Below are positions 19,374-30,047 of a stretch of DNA of 64,000 nt, in pieces. Source of the DNA: Escherichia coli (GTDB taxonomy: Bacteria > Pseudomonadota > Gammaproteobacteria > Enterobacterales > Enterobacteriaceae); the NCBI RefSeq assembly GCF_024223415.1, contig NZ_CP100500.1. The stretch is one strand, 5' to 3'. The notes below the pieces were generated by a model, which made no database searches, was not told the DNA's origin, and saw nothing but the letters and a program-made list of their open reading frames with translations. Each line of letters begins with the position of its first letter. Position 1 is the first letter of the stretch. Both the position numbers and the translations under genes were made by a program.

Positions 19374-19536
19374 AACGATAACTCCGTACATTTGAAAATT
19401 ATCGCCACCTTCAGGTTCCAATCATCATGGTGGCGAACTGTGCGGGGTTGGAACTACCGGGTACGGAAACCGGCGAGCCTTTCGGCTCCCCCACACAGCC
19501 CGCCATAAATCGCGAATGTGACTGTGCAAACGATAT

Positions 19537-19558
19537 GAAAAAAGACGCGGGCGCGTCT
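19537..19558 (-). terminator. Intrinsic-terminator-like hairpin on minus strand
   Basis: Minus strand: GAGACGC-gccc-GCGTCT followed by TTTTTT. Confidence 0.4.
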
Positions 19559-19843
19559 CATATCGCTCCGTAAACATCCGGGGTTCCAATCCCGACGCCA
19601 GATTTTGCTGACGCGTTGGAAATATAGCCCCGGAGGATAAAAACTGTCAACGGGTAAAAAATTTCCGTTATCAGGAATGTATAAAATTAAAGCAATCGAT
19701 CAAAAAATCCTTTCTGCAAAACTAAAAAAGATTTCAATAAAATCAGGCAGTTAAAAACGCTGAAAAACGGTATAAAAAAGCATCTCAAAATCCTGTTTTT
19801 TCTTTCAGATACAATATCTTATTTGATTTTTTAAAACCTGCCA

Positions 19844-19960
19844 GTGTGGTACATGGATATCGATACCACCGCCAATTATAAACTGGGCGGTGCACAGCAA
19901 CATGATAGCGTACGCCTCGATCCGTGGGTGTTTATGTTCTCAGCAGGATATCGTTTTTAA
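19844..19960 (+). pseudogene. ompW: Orphan 3' fragment of ompW (C-terminal about 37 codons); likely prophage-host junction
   Basis: Encodes ..WYMDIDTTANYKLGGAQQHDSVRLDPWVFMFSAGYRF-stop, matching the OmpW C-terminus; in-frame stop at 19832-19834 and no upstream ompW sequence. Confidence 0.6.
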
Positions 19961-19974
19961 TTCCGCACAAAAAC

Positions 19975-19995
19975 GACCCCGTAATATACGGGGTC
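19975..19995. terminator. Hairpin between convergent ompW remnant and yciE
   Basis: GACCCCGTA-ata-TACGGGGTC. Confidence 0.4.
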
Positions 19996-20019
19996 AATAA
20001 GGACATGGCATAAAGGGTA

Positions 20020-20526
20020 TTATTTCTTCGCTTCTACGCCATCAGTTTCAGAGCGAATTAAAAATTTCTCAGTTGTTTGCGGAATATGCTGAATCAGCCA
20101 GTCGGCCATTTGCTTTTCCTCATTTAAAATCGCTTCGATGATCGGAATTGAGGCTGTATCACCGGCATTTTTTGCTGCTGCTAATAGAGAGGTGTAACAG
20201 GCGATTTCAAATTGCTCGAAGACATATCCGCTAATAGAGCCTTTGACTATTTCATCAGAAGGGAATATACCACCGATTGACTGCCCAAGCGCAGCCATTT
20301 TACTCATGGAATCTTTAATGACTGAACGTGAAATGTCATTACGATCAAGAATAGTTTCCAGTTGAACAATCTGGTTTTTGGTTTCACTAAGATGTTGTTC
20401 AATACGAGCACGTAGTTCAGGATAATTATCTATACGGCTGGCCATGGATTCAAGCATAGATTCGGCTTGCTTTTCCATTGCATGGGCGTCACGTAACCAG
20501 TCATGATAATGTTCAATACGATTCAT
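20020..20526 (-). CDS. yciE: Ferritin-like stress protein YciE
   Basis: 168 aa, matches K-12 YciE in sequence and position. Confidence 0.85.
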   Translation of the reverse strand: MNRIEHYHDWLRDAHAMEKQAESMLESMASRIDNYPELRARIEQHLSETKNQIVQLETILDRNDISRSVIKDSMSKMAALGQSIGGIFPSDEIVKGSISGYVFEQFEIACYTSLLAAAKNAGDTASIPIIEAILNEEKQMADWLIQHIPQTTEKFLIRSETDGVEAKK

Positions 20527-20571
20527 GAAAATGTCCTCTTTATAAAATGACTAAAAGTTAAAGTTCATATT

Positions 20572-21072
20572 TCAGGCTTTATTTTCGGCTTTCTTATTTA
20601 CGTTATTAAGGGCCAGATCAGTCAGTTTGATGTCGGTGGCCTTTTCTTCTTCCAGGGTCTCTTTCAGAAGCTTCGCTGCTTTACGGTAACCTAATTGTTC
20701 AGCCAGCGTCGCTAATGTCCCGTAAGTGGCAATCTCATAATGCTCGACTTTCTGTGCTGCGGCAATCAGTGCGGCATCACGCACTTCGTTTTTCTCGGTA
20801 CTTTCGATGACCTCATTAGCTTCTTCAATAAGACCTTCCATTGCCACACATTTCATGCGCTTAATTTTCAGATTCGATTCTGATTCCACAACTTGATCAA
20901 TACGTTCAATCTGTCCATGTGTTTCCTCGAGGTGCGCATGAAAAGCCTGACTTAATTTTTCGTTTGATGTTGCTCTTGCGAGTTTTGCCAGTGCCCGGGT
21001 TAATTGTTTTTCTGCGCTGTAGGTATCTGAAAGCAGGTGAATAAATACATCTTCAATGGTCTTCATATTCAT
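20572..21072 (-). CDS. yciF: Ferritin-like stress protein YciF
   Basis: Start set at MNMKTIEDV (166 aa) rather than the upstream ORF-track start. Confidence 0.85.
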   Translation of the reverse strand: MNMKTIEDVFIHLLSDTYSAEKQLTRALAKLARATSNEKLSQAFHAHLEETHGQIERIDQVVESESNLKIKRMKCVAMEGLIEEANEVIESTEKNEVRDAALIAAAQKVEHYEIATYGTLATLAEQLGYRKAAKLLKETLEEEKATDIKLTDLALNNVNKKAENKA

Positions 21073-21157
21073 ATATTTCTCCAGTGGAATCACTGCGAGC
21101 CATACGGCCCGCAGATGCAATTATCTTTATCAGCTGATATTAATAATTAACGATGAA

Positions 21158-21337
21158 TCAGGATTTACCTGATTTATTACCACCGTTTTGTTGACCGCCT
21201 TTTTTACCCGCTTCAGATGCGCGTTGCGGATCATTTTTAAAATTACCGCCGCTATGCTGACCGCCTTTACGGCCTGCGTCGGATGCCTTCTCACGGTCTT
21301 CGGCGAAATTTCCTGAACCACCACGATGTTCGGCCAT
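21158..21337 (-). CDS. yciG: General stress protein YciG (KGG repeats)
   Basis: MAEHRGGSGNFAEDREKASDAGRKGG..; start set at the Met preceded by GGGAGA. Confidence 0.75.
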   Translation of the reverse strand: MAEHRGGSGNFAEDREKASDAGRKGGQHSGGNFKNDPQRASEAGKKGGQQNGGNKSGKS

Positions 21338-21717
21338 GTTATTTCTCCCGTTGCGTTGCATTGTTTCATTAATATGAGTGTTATGTGTCGACACTCATTA
21401 AAATTAGTCGCTAATGAGAATTAGTCAAATTAAGCGTAACGAGAAGGAAGTGGAAAAATATATTATGAGGAACGTTCTTGATATATTAACAATTGCCTGA
21501 GGAATAAGTGACTTAGAGAAAATTATTGATTTTACTGGTGTTATGTTGCGGGATTAATTTGTTTGATTATATTACTGTTGGGCGGAAAAATGACGTAAGT
21601 TGACGTTCGACAGGGGTAAGCGAAACGGTAAAAAGATAAATATTAAATGAATTTAGGATTTTTCCAGCTTCGTTAAAGAAAGTTAAAATGCCGCCAGCGG
21701 AACTGGCGGCTGTGGGA

Positions 21718-22524
21718 TTAACTGCGCGTCGCCGCTTTCATCGGTTGTACAAAAACTTTCAGTGCCGCCAGCATTTTCTCTGGCTCATTAATATGTTGCT
21801 CGATGATTTTAACAATGGCCGAACCAGAAATCGCGCCCGCAGCTCCTGCATCAATCGCTGCTTTTACCTGATCCGGGGCGGAAATACCAAATCCCTGCAA
21901 TGGAGGTGCAGCGTTGTACTCTTTCAGCTTCGCAACCAGATGATTGAGGGGTAACGCGGCGCGGTTTTCAGCGCCGGTCACGCCCGCACGCGACAGCAAA
22001 TAGGTGTAACCACGACCGTAAGAGGCTATCTGGCGCAGCAAGTCGTCATCGGCATTCGGCGGGCAGATAAAGATAGGTGCGACATTATGGCGCAACGCGG
22101 CCTGGCGGAAGGGCGCGGACTCTTCAACTGGCACATCGGCAACCAGCACCGAATCGACGCCGACTTTTTCGCACTGGGCATAAAACTCATCAATGCCTTT
22201 GTTAAACACCAGATTGGCATACATCAAAAGGCCGATAGGAATGGTCGGGTGCTTCTGGCGAATGAGTGCCAGCATCTCAAAGCACTGCGCCGGGGTCACA
22301 CCTGCCGCAAAGGCACGCAGTGTGGCGTTTTGAATCGTCGGGCCATCTGCCAGTGGGTCGGAGAAGGGGATGCCTAACTCCAGCGCGTCAGCACCGGCTT
22401 CAATTAGCGTATCGATAATTTTCAGCGACTGCTCAATGCCCGGATCCCCGAGCGTGACGAAAGGAACGAATGCGCCTTCTTTGCGCTCCTTCAACTGGGC
22501 AAACAGAGATTCGTAGCGTTCCAT
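21718..22524 (-). CDS. trpA: Tryptophan synthase alpha subunit
   Basis: 268 aa, [28 protein letters not shown]. Confidence 0.95.
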
Positions 22525-23717
22525 CAGATTTCCCCTCGTGCTTTCAAAATATCGTGAACGGTGAAGATGTCTTTATCGCCGCGACCGGAAAGGTTAACCA
22601 CCAGTAGCTGCTCTTTTTCCGGGTTTTCGCGCATCATTTTCAACGCATGGGCCAGGGCGTGGGAGGATTCCAGCGCCGGGATGATCCCTTCATGCAGGCA
22701 GAGCGTTTTGAAGGCTTCAAGGGCTTCTTCATCGGTAATAGACACGTAATCAGCGCGTCCAGTGCTGTTAAGATACGCGTGTTGTGGGCCGACAGACGGG
22801 AAATCCAGTCCGGCGGAGATGGAGTAAGATTCTTCAATCTGCCCGTCTTCGGTTTGCATCATCGGCGCTTTCATACCGAAATAAATGCCCACGCGACCAT
22901 GTTTTAGCGGTGCGCCGTGCTCGCCAGTTTCGATACCGTGACCACCAGGCTCCACACCAATCAGGCCGACGTCGGTTTCGTTGATGAAATCTGCAAACAT
23001 ACCGATGGCATTCGAACCGCCGCCAACACAGGCGATAACGGCATCCGGCAGGCGACCTTCTCTTTCCAGAATCTGTGCTTTGGTTTCTTCGCCAATCATC
23101 CGCTGAAACTCACGGACAATGGTCGGGTAAGGATGCGGGCCAGCCGCGGTGCCCAGCATATAGTGCGCGGTTTCATAACTGCCGGACCAGTCGCGTAGCG
23201 CCTCATTACAGGCATCTTTCAGCGTGGCGGAACCGCTATGTACCGGGATCACTTCCGCACCCATTAAGCGCATACGAAAAACGTTAGGCGACTGGCGTTC
23301 AACGTCTTTGGCACCCATATAAATACGGCATTTCAGGCCGAGCAGGGCGCTGGCAAGGGCCGACGCCACGCCATGCTGACCGGCCCCGGTTTCGGCGATG
23401 ATTTCGGTTTTACCCATCCGCTTCGCCAGTAAAGCCTGACCGAGCACCTGGTTAGTTTTATGCGCGCCGCCGTGCAGCAAATCTTCGCGCTTCAGATACA
23501 GCGTGGTTTTCGTCCCAGCCGTAATGTTCTGGCATTTGGTCAGTGCGGTTGGACGCCCGGCATAGTTTTTCAGTAGGTCGTTGAACTGGGCTTGAAATTC
23601 AGGATCTTTTTGCGCGCTGACAAAAGCTTCTTCCAGCTGGCGCAGAGCAGGCATCAGGATTTGTGGCACGTACATGCCGCCAAACTCACCAAAATAGGGG
23701 TTAAGTAATGTTGTCAT
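22524..23717 (-). CDS. trpB: Tryptophan synthase beta subunit
   Basis: 397 aa, [25 protein letters not shown]; stop/start overlap with trpA. Confidence 0.95.
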
Positions 23718-23728
23718 TTTTCCTTTCC

Positions 23729-25090
23729 TTAATATGCGCGCAGCGTCTGGAAAACCGAGGCCAAAAGACGTGCGTCTTTGATGCCCGGTTGCGACTCTAC
23801 AGCAGAATTAAAATCAAGTCCGGCGCAGCCGGTTTGTGCCGCTTCCACGCAGTTATCTGCGCCTAAGCCCCCCGCCAGCAGAACGTTGCCAAGCGATTGA
23901 CCGTTTAACAGTGACCAGTCGAAACGTTGCCCGCTTCCACCCTGGCCGTTGTCTAAAACATATTTATCAACGTGCTGAAGCTCGCGGGCGGGCAGGGTTT
24001 CACCGACGCTTAATGCTTTCCAGATGGCAATGTTTGCGGGCAGCGCGCCACGCAATGTGTCGATATATTGTTGATCTTCATTACCATGCAGTTGCACTGC
24101 CGCCAGTGATAACACCTTAGCTTTGTCCAACACATCGGCAATATCGTGATTGCGGAACACGCCAACATACTGCAACGGTGCCGCAGCCATCACTTCCTGC
24201 GCCTGTTCAACGTTGACGCAACGCGGTGATGTCGCAACAAAAATCAACCCACCGTAAATCGCGCCCGCGTCATACGCTGCTTTAGCATCTTGCCCACGCG
24301 TCAGGCCACATACTTTATTCTCACCCAGCAACACCCGGCGCACGGCGGCGTTCAAATCGTCATGGGCCATCAACGCCGAACCAATCAGAAAACCGTTAGC
24401 GAAGTGGCTTAACTCGCGCACCTGAGCGTAAGTATTGATGCCTGATTCGCTGATTACCGTCACGTTGTGCCCCAGTTTCGGCGCAAGCTCGCGGGTACGG
24501 TTGAGATCAATCGACAAATCACGCAGATCGCGGTTGTTGATGCCAACGACCTTTGCCCCCAATGCAATGGCGCGCTCCAGTTCCTCTTCATTACTGACTT
24601 CGGTCAGCACACCCATCTCCAGACTGTGGGCGACGGCGGCAAGCTGGCGATATTGTTCGTCATCCAGTACTGAAAGCATTAATAAGCAGGCATCGGCCTG
24701 GTAATAGCGCGCCAGATAGATCTGGTAAGGGTCGATAATGAAGTCTTTACATAAAATCGGCTGCGGGGCGATTTGGCTGACGATGGGGAGGAAATCAAAG
24801 CTCCCCTGAAAATATTTCTCATCAGTCAGCACCGAAATTGCCGAAGCGTAATGTTTATAAATGGCGGCAATGCGTGCTGGATCGAAATCATCACGGATCA
24901 CGCCTTTTGACGGCGACGCTTTCTTGCACTCCAGAATAAACGCCGTGCGCGCACCCTGTAGCGCATCATAAAAATGTCGCGTGCTCGGCTGAACCTCATT
25001 CTGAAAACTGGCCAGCGGTTGCTGCTGTTTGCGGGCTTCTACCCAAATCGCCTTGTCTGCGACGATTTTCGCTAAAACGGTTTGCATCAT
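23729..25090 (-). CDS. trpC: Bifunctional indole-3-glycerol phosphate synthase / phosphoribosylanthranilate isomerase
   Basis: 453 aa, K-12 TrpC sequence. Confidence 0.95.
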   Translation of the reverse strand: MMQTVLAKIVADKAIWVEARKQQQPLASFQNEVQPSTRHFYDALQGARTAFILECKKASPSKGVIRDDFDPARIAAIYKHYASAISVLTDEKYFQGSFDFLPIVSQIAPQPILCKDFIIDPYQIYLARYYQADACLLMLSVLDDEQYRQLAAVAHSLEMGVLTEVSNEEELERAIALGAKVVGINNRDLRDLSIDLNRTRELAPKLGHNVTVISESGINTYAQVRELSHFANGFLIGSALMAHDDLNAAVRRVLLGENKVCGLTRGQDAKAAYDAGAIYGGLIFVATSPRCVNVEQAQEVMAAAPLQYVGVFRNHDIADVLDKAKVLSLAAVQLHGNEDQQYIDTLRGALPANIAIWKALSVGETLPARELQHVDKYVLDNGQGGSGQRFDWSLLNGQSLGNVLLAGGLGADNCVEAAQTGCAGLDFNSAVESQPGIKDARLLASVFQTLRAY

Positions 25091-26686
25091 TTACCCTCGT
25101 GCCGCCAGTGCGGTGACTCTGTCGTAAGCGGAACCACTGCGCAGTACCTCAAGAACGGTTTGCGCATTGGCTTGCAGATCTTCATGGCCATGCAGGCGCA
25201 TTAACATGGCGACGTTCGCAGCGACGGCTGCTTCATGGGCGGCGTCGCCTTTACCTTGTAACAAACGTGTTAAAATGTCACGGTTTTCTTCCGGTGTTCC
25301 GCCTGCCAGTTGCTCCTGGTGGTAGGGTGTCAGGCCAAAGTCTTCTGCGGTGAGCTGATAGCTTTTAATTTCGCCGTCATGCAGTTCGGCAACGATTGTC
25401 GGCGCGTGTAATGAAACTTCATCCATCCCGCCGCTGTGCACCACCGCCGCGCGTTGATACCCCAGCACGCGCAAGGTTTCGGCAATCGGCAGCACCAGTT
25501 CCGGACTATAAACACCAATTAACGCCAGCGGCGGATGCGCCGGGTTAATCAATGGCCCCAGCACATTGAACAGGGTGCGGGTTTTCAGTTGCTGGCGAAC
25601 CGGCATCGCGTGGCGGAATCCGGTGTGATATTTCGGCGCAAAGAGGAAACATACGCCTAACTCATCCAGCGCCTGGCGCGATTTATCGGCGTTCATATCA
25701 AGATTAATACCGAATGCCGCCAGCAGATCCGACGAGCCGGATTTACTGGAGACGCTACGGTTGCCGTGTTTCGCCACTTTCAGCCCACAGGCCGCGGCGA
25801 CAAACGCACTGGCGGTAGAAATATTGATACTGTTGCTGCCGTCACCGCCAGTACCGACGATATCAGCAAACAGATAATCCGGGCGCGGGAACGGCGCTGC
25901 GTTTTCCAGTAGCGCGGTTGCTGCCCCAGCGATCTCGTTCGGGTGCTCACCGCGAATTTTCATGCTCACCAGCGCCGCCGCCAGTTGTTCCGGCTTCAGC
26001 TCGCCACGCACCACCGCTGAAAACAGCTGGTGACTTTCTTGTTGGCTAAGCGTCTGCGCCTGATACAGTTTTTCCAGAATCGGTTGCAGTGTGTTGGTTG
26101 GCTCTAGTTTCTGCTGCGCCCAGGCCAGCGTTTGTTCCAGCAGGCGAGCACCTTGGGTAGTAAGAATGGACTCTGGATGAAACTGGAAACCGCAAACGCG
26201 ATCTGCATCGTGACGCACCGCCATCACCATGCCATTAAAATGGGCGTTGATGGTTAAACCGGCCGGAATATTACTGCCAACCAGCGAGTGATAACGCGCC
26301 ACCGGCAGCGGGTTTGTTAATCCGGCAAACATCGCCTGACCGTCGTGTTCAATGCTGGAGGCTTTACCGTGGAGAATTTCGCCCGCCTGACCGACATAGC
26401 CCCCGTAAGCTTCGACAATTGCCTGATGACCAAGGCAAATGCCAATAATAGGCAGCTTACCGCGCAGGCGGGTAAGCAGTTCAGGCATACAACCAGCTTC
26501 GCTCGGCACACCGGGTCCTGGAGAAAGCATCAGCACCGGATTGCTCATCGTCGCCAGGCGTTCAATTAAGGTTTGCGCCGGAATATGGTTGCGGTAAATC
26601 ACCACGTTATGCCCATTGCTGCGCAACTGATCTGCCAGGTTGTACGTAAAAGAGTCGATATTATCGAGCAGCAGAATGTCAGCCAT
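25091..26686 (-). CDS. trpD: Bifunctional anthranilate synthase component II / anthranilate phosphoribosyltransferase
   Basis: 531 aa, [22 protein letters not shown]. Confidence 0.95.
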   Translation of the reverse strand: MADILLLDNIDSFTYNLADQLRSNGHNVVIYRNHIPAQTLIERLATMSNPVLMLSPGPGVPSEAGCMPELLTRLRGKLPIIGICLGHQAIVEAYGGYVGQAGEILHGKASSIEHDGQAMFAGLTNPLPVARYHSLVGSNIPAGLTINAHFNGMVMAVRHDADRVCGFQFHPESILTTQGARLLEQTLAWAQQKLEPTNTLQPILEKLYQAQTLSQQESHQLFSAVVRGELKPEQLAAALVSMKIRGEHPNEIAGAATALLENAAPFPRPDYLFADIVGTGGDGSNSINISTASAFVAAACGLKVAKHGNRSVSSKSGSSDLLAAFGINLDMNADKSRQALDELGVCFLFAPKYHTGFRHAMPVRQQLKTRTLFNVLGPLINPAHPPLALIGVYSPELVLPIAETLRVLGYQRAAVVHSGGMDEVSLHAPTIVAELHDGEIKSYQLTAEDFGLTPYHQEQLAGGTPEENRDILTRLLQGKGDAAHEAAVAANVAMLMRLHGHEDLQANAQTVLEVLRSGSAYDRVTALAARG

Positions 26687-28248
26687 CAGAAAGTCTCCTG
26701 TGCATGATGCGCGGTGGCAATAGCGCGCAGTACAGCGCGGGCTTTATTACGGGTTTCGTCGGCTTCCGACTGCGGAACAGAATCAAGGACTACGCCAGCA
26801 CCGGCTTGCACGGTGGCGATACCGTTTTCCACCAGCGCCGAGCGGATCACAATGCAGGTGTCGAGATCGCCATGCGCGGTGAAATAACCTACCGCGCCGC
26901 CGTAGCTGCCGCGGCGACGACCTTCAGCCTCGGCAATTAACTGCATAGCGCGTACTTTCGGCGCACCGCTTAACGTACCCATATTCATACAGGCGCGGTA
27001 AGCATGCAGGGCGTCGAGATCGTGGCGCAGTTCCCCGACCACTCGGGAGACGAGGTGCATCACATAGGAATAACGGTCTACTTTGGTGAGATCGGCAACG
27101 TAGCGGCTGCCGGGGGTGCAAATGCGCGCCAGGTCATTTCGGGCGAGATCTACCAGCATCAGATGTTCTGAAAGTTCTTTATGGTCGGTACGCATTTCCA
27201 GTTCAATACGGCTGTCAAGGTCCCTGTCGAGCGAGCCATCGGCGCGACGACCGCGTGGACGTGTTCCGGCAATCGGGTAGATCTCAATCTGGCGGCTGGT
27301 GGCGTCATACTTGAGCGAACTTTCCGGCGACGCGCCAAACAGGGTGAAATCATTATCCTGCATAAAAAACATGTACGGGCTGGGATTACTCTTTTTCAGC
27401 ACGTAATAGGCCGCCAGCGGTGACGGGCAGGGCAGAGAGAAACGGCGAGATGGCACCACCTGGAAAATTTCTCCAGCGCGAATCGCTTTTTGCAACAAAC
27501 GCACTACGCCACCGAACTCTTCATCGCTCTGGTTACATTCACAACGCATATGCGGCACGGAAACCACCGGCAGCGGTGGCGCGGTTTCGGTCAGTTGCTG
27601 GCGAAGATCGTTCAGGCGAGCAGTGAGACGTTGTTTTTCTTCTTCATTCGGAGCAAACAGGCTGGCCTGAATGCGGGTGCTTTTTTTCTGATGGTCAATC
27701 ACCATCAGCGTTTCAGCGAGATAAAAACAGAAATCAGGGCAGTTATTTTCCGCTGACAGTTGCGGTAAATCTTCAAACCCCGCCACAAGGTCATAAGAGA
27801 ACAGGCCGCCGAAGAACATGGCTTCTCGTTCTTCCTTCGGTACATTCAACAGATTCTGCAATAAGCGGAAAGCGTCAAAAACCGAAAGGGAGCATAAGCG
27901 AGCGTCTTCATCCAGCAGTGGACTAACAGGGGGGAAGCGCAGCACACGGCAGTTTGGTAATTGTTCATTTTCCACACCCGCAGGCAGGGCGTTATCCAGT
28001 AGTGTCAGCAGGGCTTCGCCGTTGCCGGAAAGGGACTGGATTGTGACAGTGTCACCTAAAGCTGTAATGCGCAGCGCACTGTCTACCAGCAGCAGGCTTT
28101 TTAAATCATCTTTGCTGTCGATATCTGCGGATTCCAGCAGCAGCGTTGCCGGACGATCCCCACACAACTGGTGAAAAAGCGCGGTGGGATTGTCGCGATA
28201 AGCGCCTTCGCAGGTTAGCAGTTCGAGAGTCGGTTTTTGTGTTTGCAT
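26686..28248 (-). CDS. trpE: Anthranilate synthase component I
   Basis: 520 aa, [28 protein letters not shown]. Confidence 0.95.
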   Translation of the reverse strand: MQTQKPTLELLTCEGAYRDNPTALFHQLCGDRPATLLLESADIDSKDDLKSLLLVDSALRITALGDTVTIQSLSGNGEALLTLLDNALPAGVENEQLPNCRVLRFPPVSPLLDEDARLCSLSVFDAFRLLQNLLNVPKEEREAMFFGGLFSYDLVAGFEDLPQLSAENNCPDFCFYLAETLMVIDHQKKSTRIQASLFAPNEEEKQRLTARLNDLRQQLTETAPPLPVVSVPHMRCECNQSDEEFGGVVRLLQKAIRAGEIFQVVPSRRFSLPCPSPLAAYYVLKKSNPSPYMFFMQDNDFTLFGASPESSLKYDATSRQIEIYPIAGTRPRGRRADGSLDRDLDSRIELEMRTDHKELSEHLMLVDLARNDLARICTPGSRYVADLTKVDRYSYVMHLVSRVVGELRHDLDALHAYRACMNMGTLSGAPKVRAMQLIAEAEGRRRGSYGGAVGYFTAHGDLDTCIVIRSALVENGIATVQAGAGVVLDSVPQSEADETRNKARAVLRAIATAHHAQETF

Positions 28249-28270
28249 TGTTATTCTCTAATTTTGTTCA

Positions 28271-28297
28271 AAAAAAAGCCCGCTCATTAGGCGGGCT
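28271..28297 (-). terminator. trp attenuator (3:4 terminator hairpin)
   Basis: Minus strand AGCCCGC-cuaauga-GCGGGCU followed by U7, between trpL and trpE. Confidence 0.85.
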
Positions 28298-28339
28298 GGG
28301 TATCTGATTGCTTTACGCATGGTGAATACACTGCCCGTT

Positions 28340-28384
28340 TCAGGAAGTGCGCCACCAACCTTTCAGTACGAAAATTGCTTTCAT
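28340..28384 (-). CDS. trpL: trp operon leader peptide
   Basis: Minus strand atgaaagcaattttcgtactgaaaggttggtggcgcacttcctga = [14 protein letters not shown], with tandem Trp codons. Confidence 0.9.
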
Positions 28385-28399
28385 TGTCGATACCCTTTT

Positions 28400-28446
28400 T
28401 ACGTGAACTTGCGTACTAGTTAACTAGTTCGATGATTAATTGTCAA
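28400..28446 (-). promoter_or_regulatory. trp promoter and TrpR operator
   Basis: Minus strand TTGACA (28441-28446), spacer, TTAACT (28418-28423); palindrome ACTAGTTAACTAGT over the -10. Confidence 0.85.
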
Positions 28447-28521
28447 CAGCTCATTTCAGAATATTTGCCAGAACCGTTATGATGTCGGCGCAAAAAACAT
28501 TATCCAGAACGGGAGTGCGCC

Positions 28522-29403
28522 TTGAGCGACACGAATTACGCAGTGATTTACGACCTGCACAGCCATACCACAGCTTCCGATGGCTGCCTGACGCCAGAAG
28601 CATTGGTGCACCGTGCAGTCGAGATGCGCGTCGGCACCCTGGCGATCACCGACCATGACACCACAGCTGCAATCGCGCCAGCAAGAGAGGAAATTTCACG
28701 TTCGGGACTGGCGCTGAATCTTATTCCCGGCGTGGAAATTTCCACGGTCTGGGAAAATCATGAAATTCATATTGTCGGGCTGAATATTGATATTACTCAT
28801 CCGCTAATGTGTGAGTTCCTCGCGCAGCAGACAGAACGGCGCAATCAACGGGCGCAGCAAATTGCCGAAAGACTTGAAAAAGCGCAAATACCTGGGGCGC
28901 TGGAAGGCGCACAACGACTGGCGCAGGGCGGCGCAGTAACGCGCGGTCATTTTGCGCGTTTCCTTGTTGAGTGCGGCAAAGCCAGTTCAATGGCGGATGT
29001 CTTTAAAAAGTATCTGGCGCGCGGGAAAACCGGATACGTTCCGCCACAGTGGTGTACAATAGAACAAGCTATTGATGTCATTCATCATTCTGGCGGTAAG
29101 GCGGTGCTAGCTCATCCTGGGCGGTACAATCTTAGTGCTAAATGGCTGAAAAGATTGGTTGCGCATTTTGCCGAACACGACGGCGACGCGATGGAAGTCG
29201 CGCAGTGCCAGCAATCGCCCAATGAACGCACCCAGCTGGCGACACTTGCGCGTCAGCATCATTTATGGGCATCACAAGGATCTGATTTTCATCAGCCATG
29301 TCCGTGGATCGAACTGGGTCGTAAACTCTGGCTGCCCGCAGGCGTTGAAGGCGTCTGGCAGCTATGGGAACAGCCGCAGAACACCACAGAGAGGGAATTA
29401 TGA
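28522..29403 (+). CDS. yciV: PHP-domain 5'-3' exoribonuclease (RNase AM)
   Basis: 293 aa, MSDTNYAVIYDLHSHTTASDG; apparent TTG start. Confidence 0.85.
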   Translation: MSDTNYAVIYDLHSHTTASDGCLTPEALVHRAVEMRVGTLAITDHDTTAAIAPAREEISRSGLALNLIPGVEISTVWENHEIHIVGLNIDITHPLMCEFLAQQTERRNQRAQQIAERLEKAQIPGALEGAQRLAQGGAVTRGHFARFLVECGKASSMADVFKKYLARGKTGYVPPQWCTIEQAIDVIHHSGGKAVLAHPGRYNLSAKWLKRLVAHFAEHDGDAMEVAQCQQSPNERTQLATLARQHHLWASQGSDFHQPCPWIELGRKLWLPAGVEGVWQLWEQPQNTTEREL

Positions 29404-30020
29404 GCCAGTTTTTTTATATTCATCCTGATAACCCACAGCAACGTCTGATCAACCAGGCGGTGGAGATCGTGCGTAAAGGCGGGGTGATTGTTTATCCAAC
29501 TGATTCCGGCTATGCGCTCGGCTGTAAAATTGAAGATAAAAACGCCATGGAGCGTATTTGTCGTATTCGCCAGCTGCCGGACGGTCACAACTTTACCCTG
29601 ATGTGTCGCGATCTATCTGAACTCTCGACCTATTCATTTGTCGATAACGTTGCGTTTCGTTTAATGAAAAACAACACGCCGGGCAACTATACCTTCATCC
29701 TGAAGGGGACGAAGGAGGTACCACGCCGTCTGTTGCAGGAAAAACGCAAAACCATCGGTATGCGTGTGCCTTCTAACCCGATTGCGCAGGCGTTGCTTGA
29801 AGCACTGGGCGAACCAATGCTTTCCACTTCGCTAATGCTGCCAGGCAGCGAATTTACCGAATCCGATCCCGAAGAAATTAAAGACCGTCTGGAAAAACAG
29901 GTAGATTTGATTATTCACGGCGGCTATCTCGGGCAGAAACCAACAACGGTTATTGATCTTACCGATGATACGCCGGTCGTGGTGCGTGAAGGCGTAGGTG
30001 ATGTGAAGCCTTTCTTATAA
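29400..30020 (+). CDS. yciO: YrdC/Sua5-family protein YciO
   Basis: Start at ATG 29400 overlapping the yciV stop (ATGA); 206 aa. Confidence 0.85.
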   Translation: MSQFFYIHPDNPQQRLINQAVEIVRKGGVIVYPTDSGYALGCKIEDKNAMERICRIRQLPDGHNFTLMCRDLSELSTYSFVDNVAFRLMKNNTPGNYTFILKGTKEVPRRLLQEKRKTIGMRVPSNPIAQALLEALGEPMLSTSLMLPGSEFTESDPEEIKDRLEKQVDLIIHGGYLGQKPTTVIDLTDDTPVVVREGVGDVKPFL

Positions 30021-30047
30021 CAAATTGCGTTCCACGGATGGAAGACT

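Noticed and set aside
22026-23287. Multiple 60-96-aa ORFs in both orientations within trpA and trpB
   Set aside because: Nested in or antisense to highly conserved trp genes.
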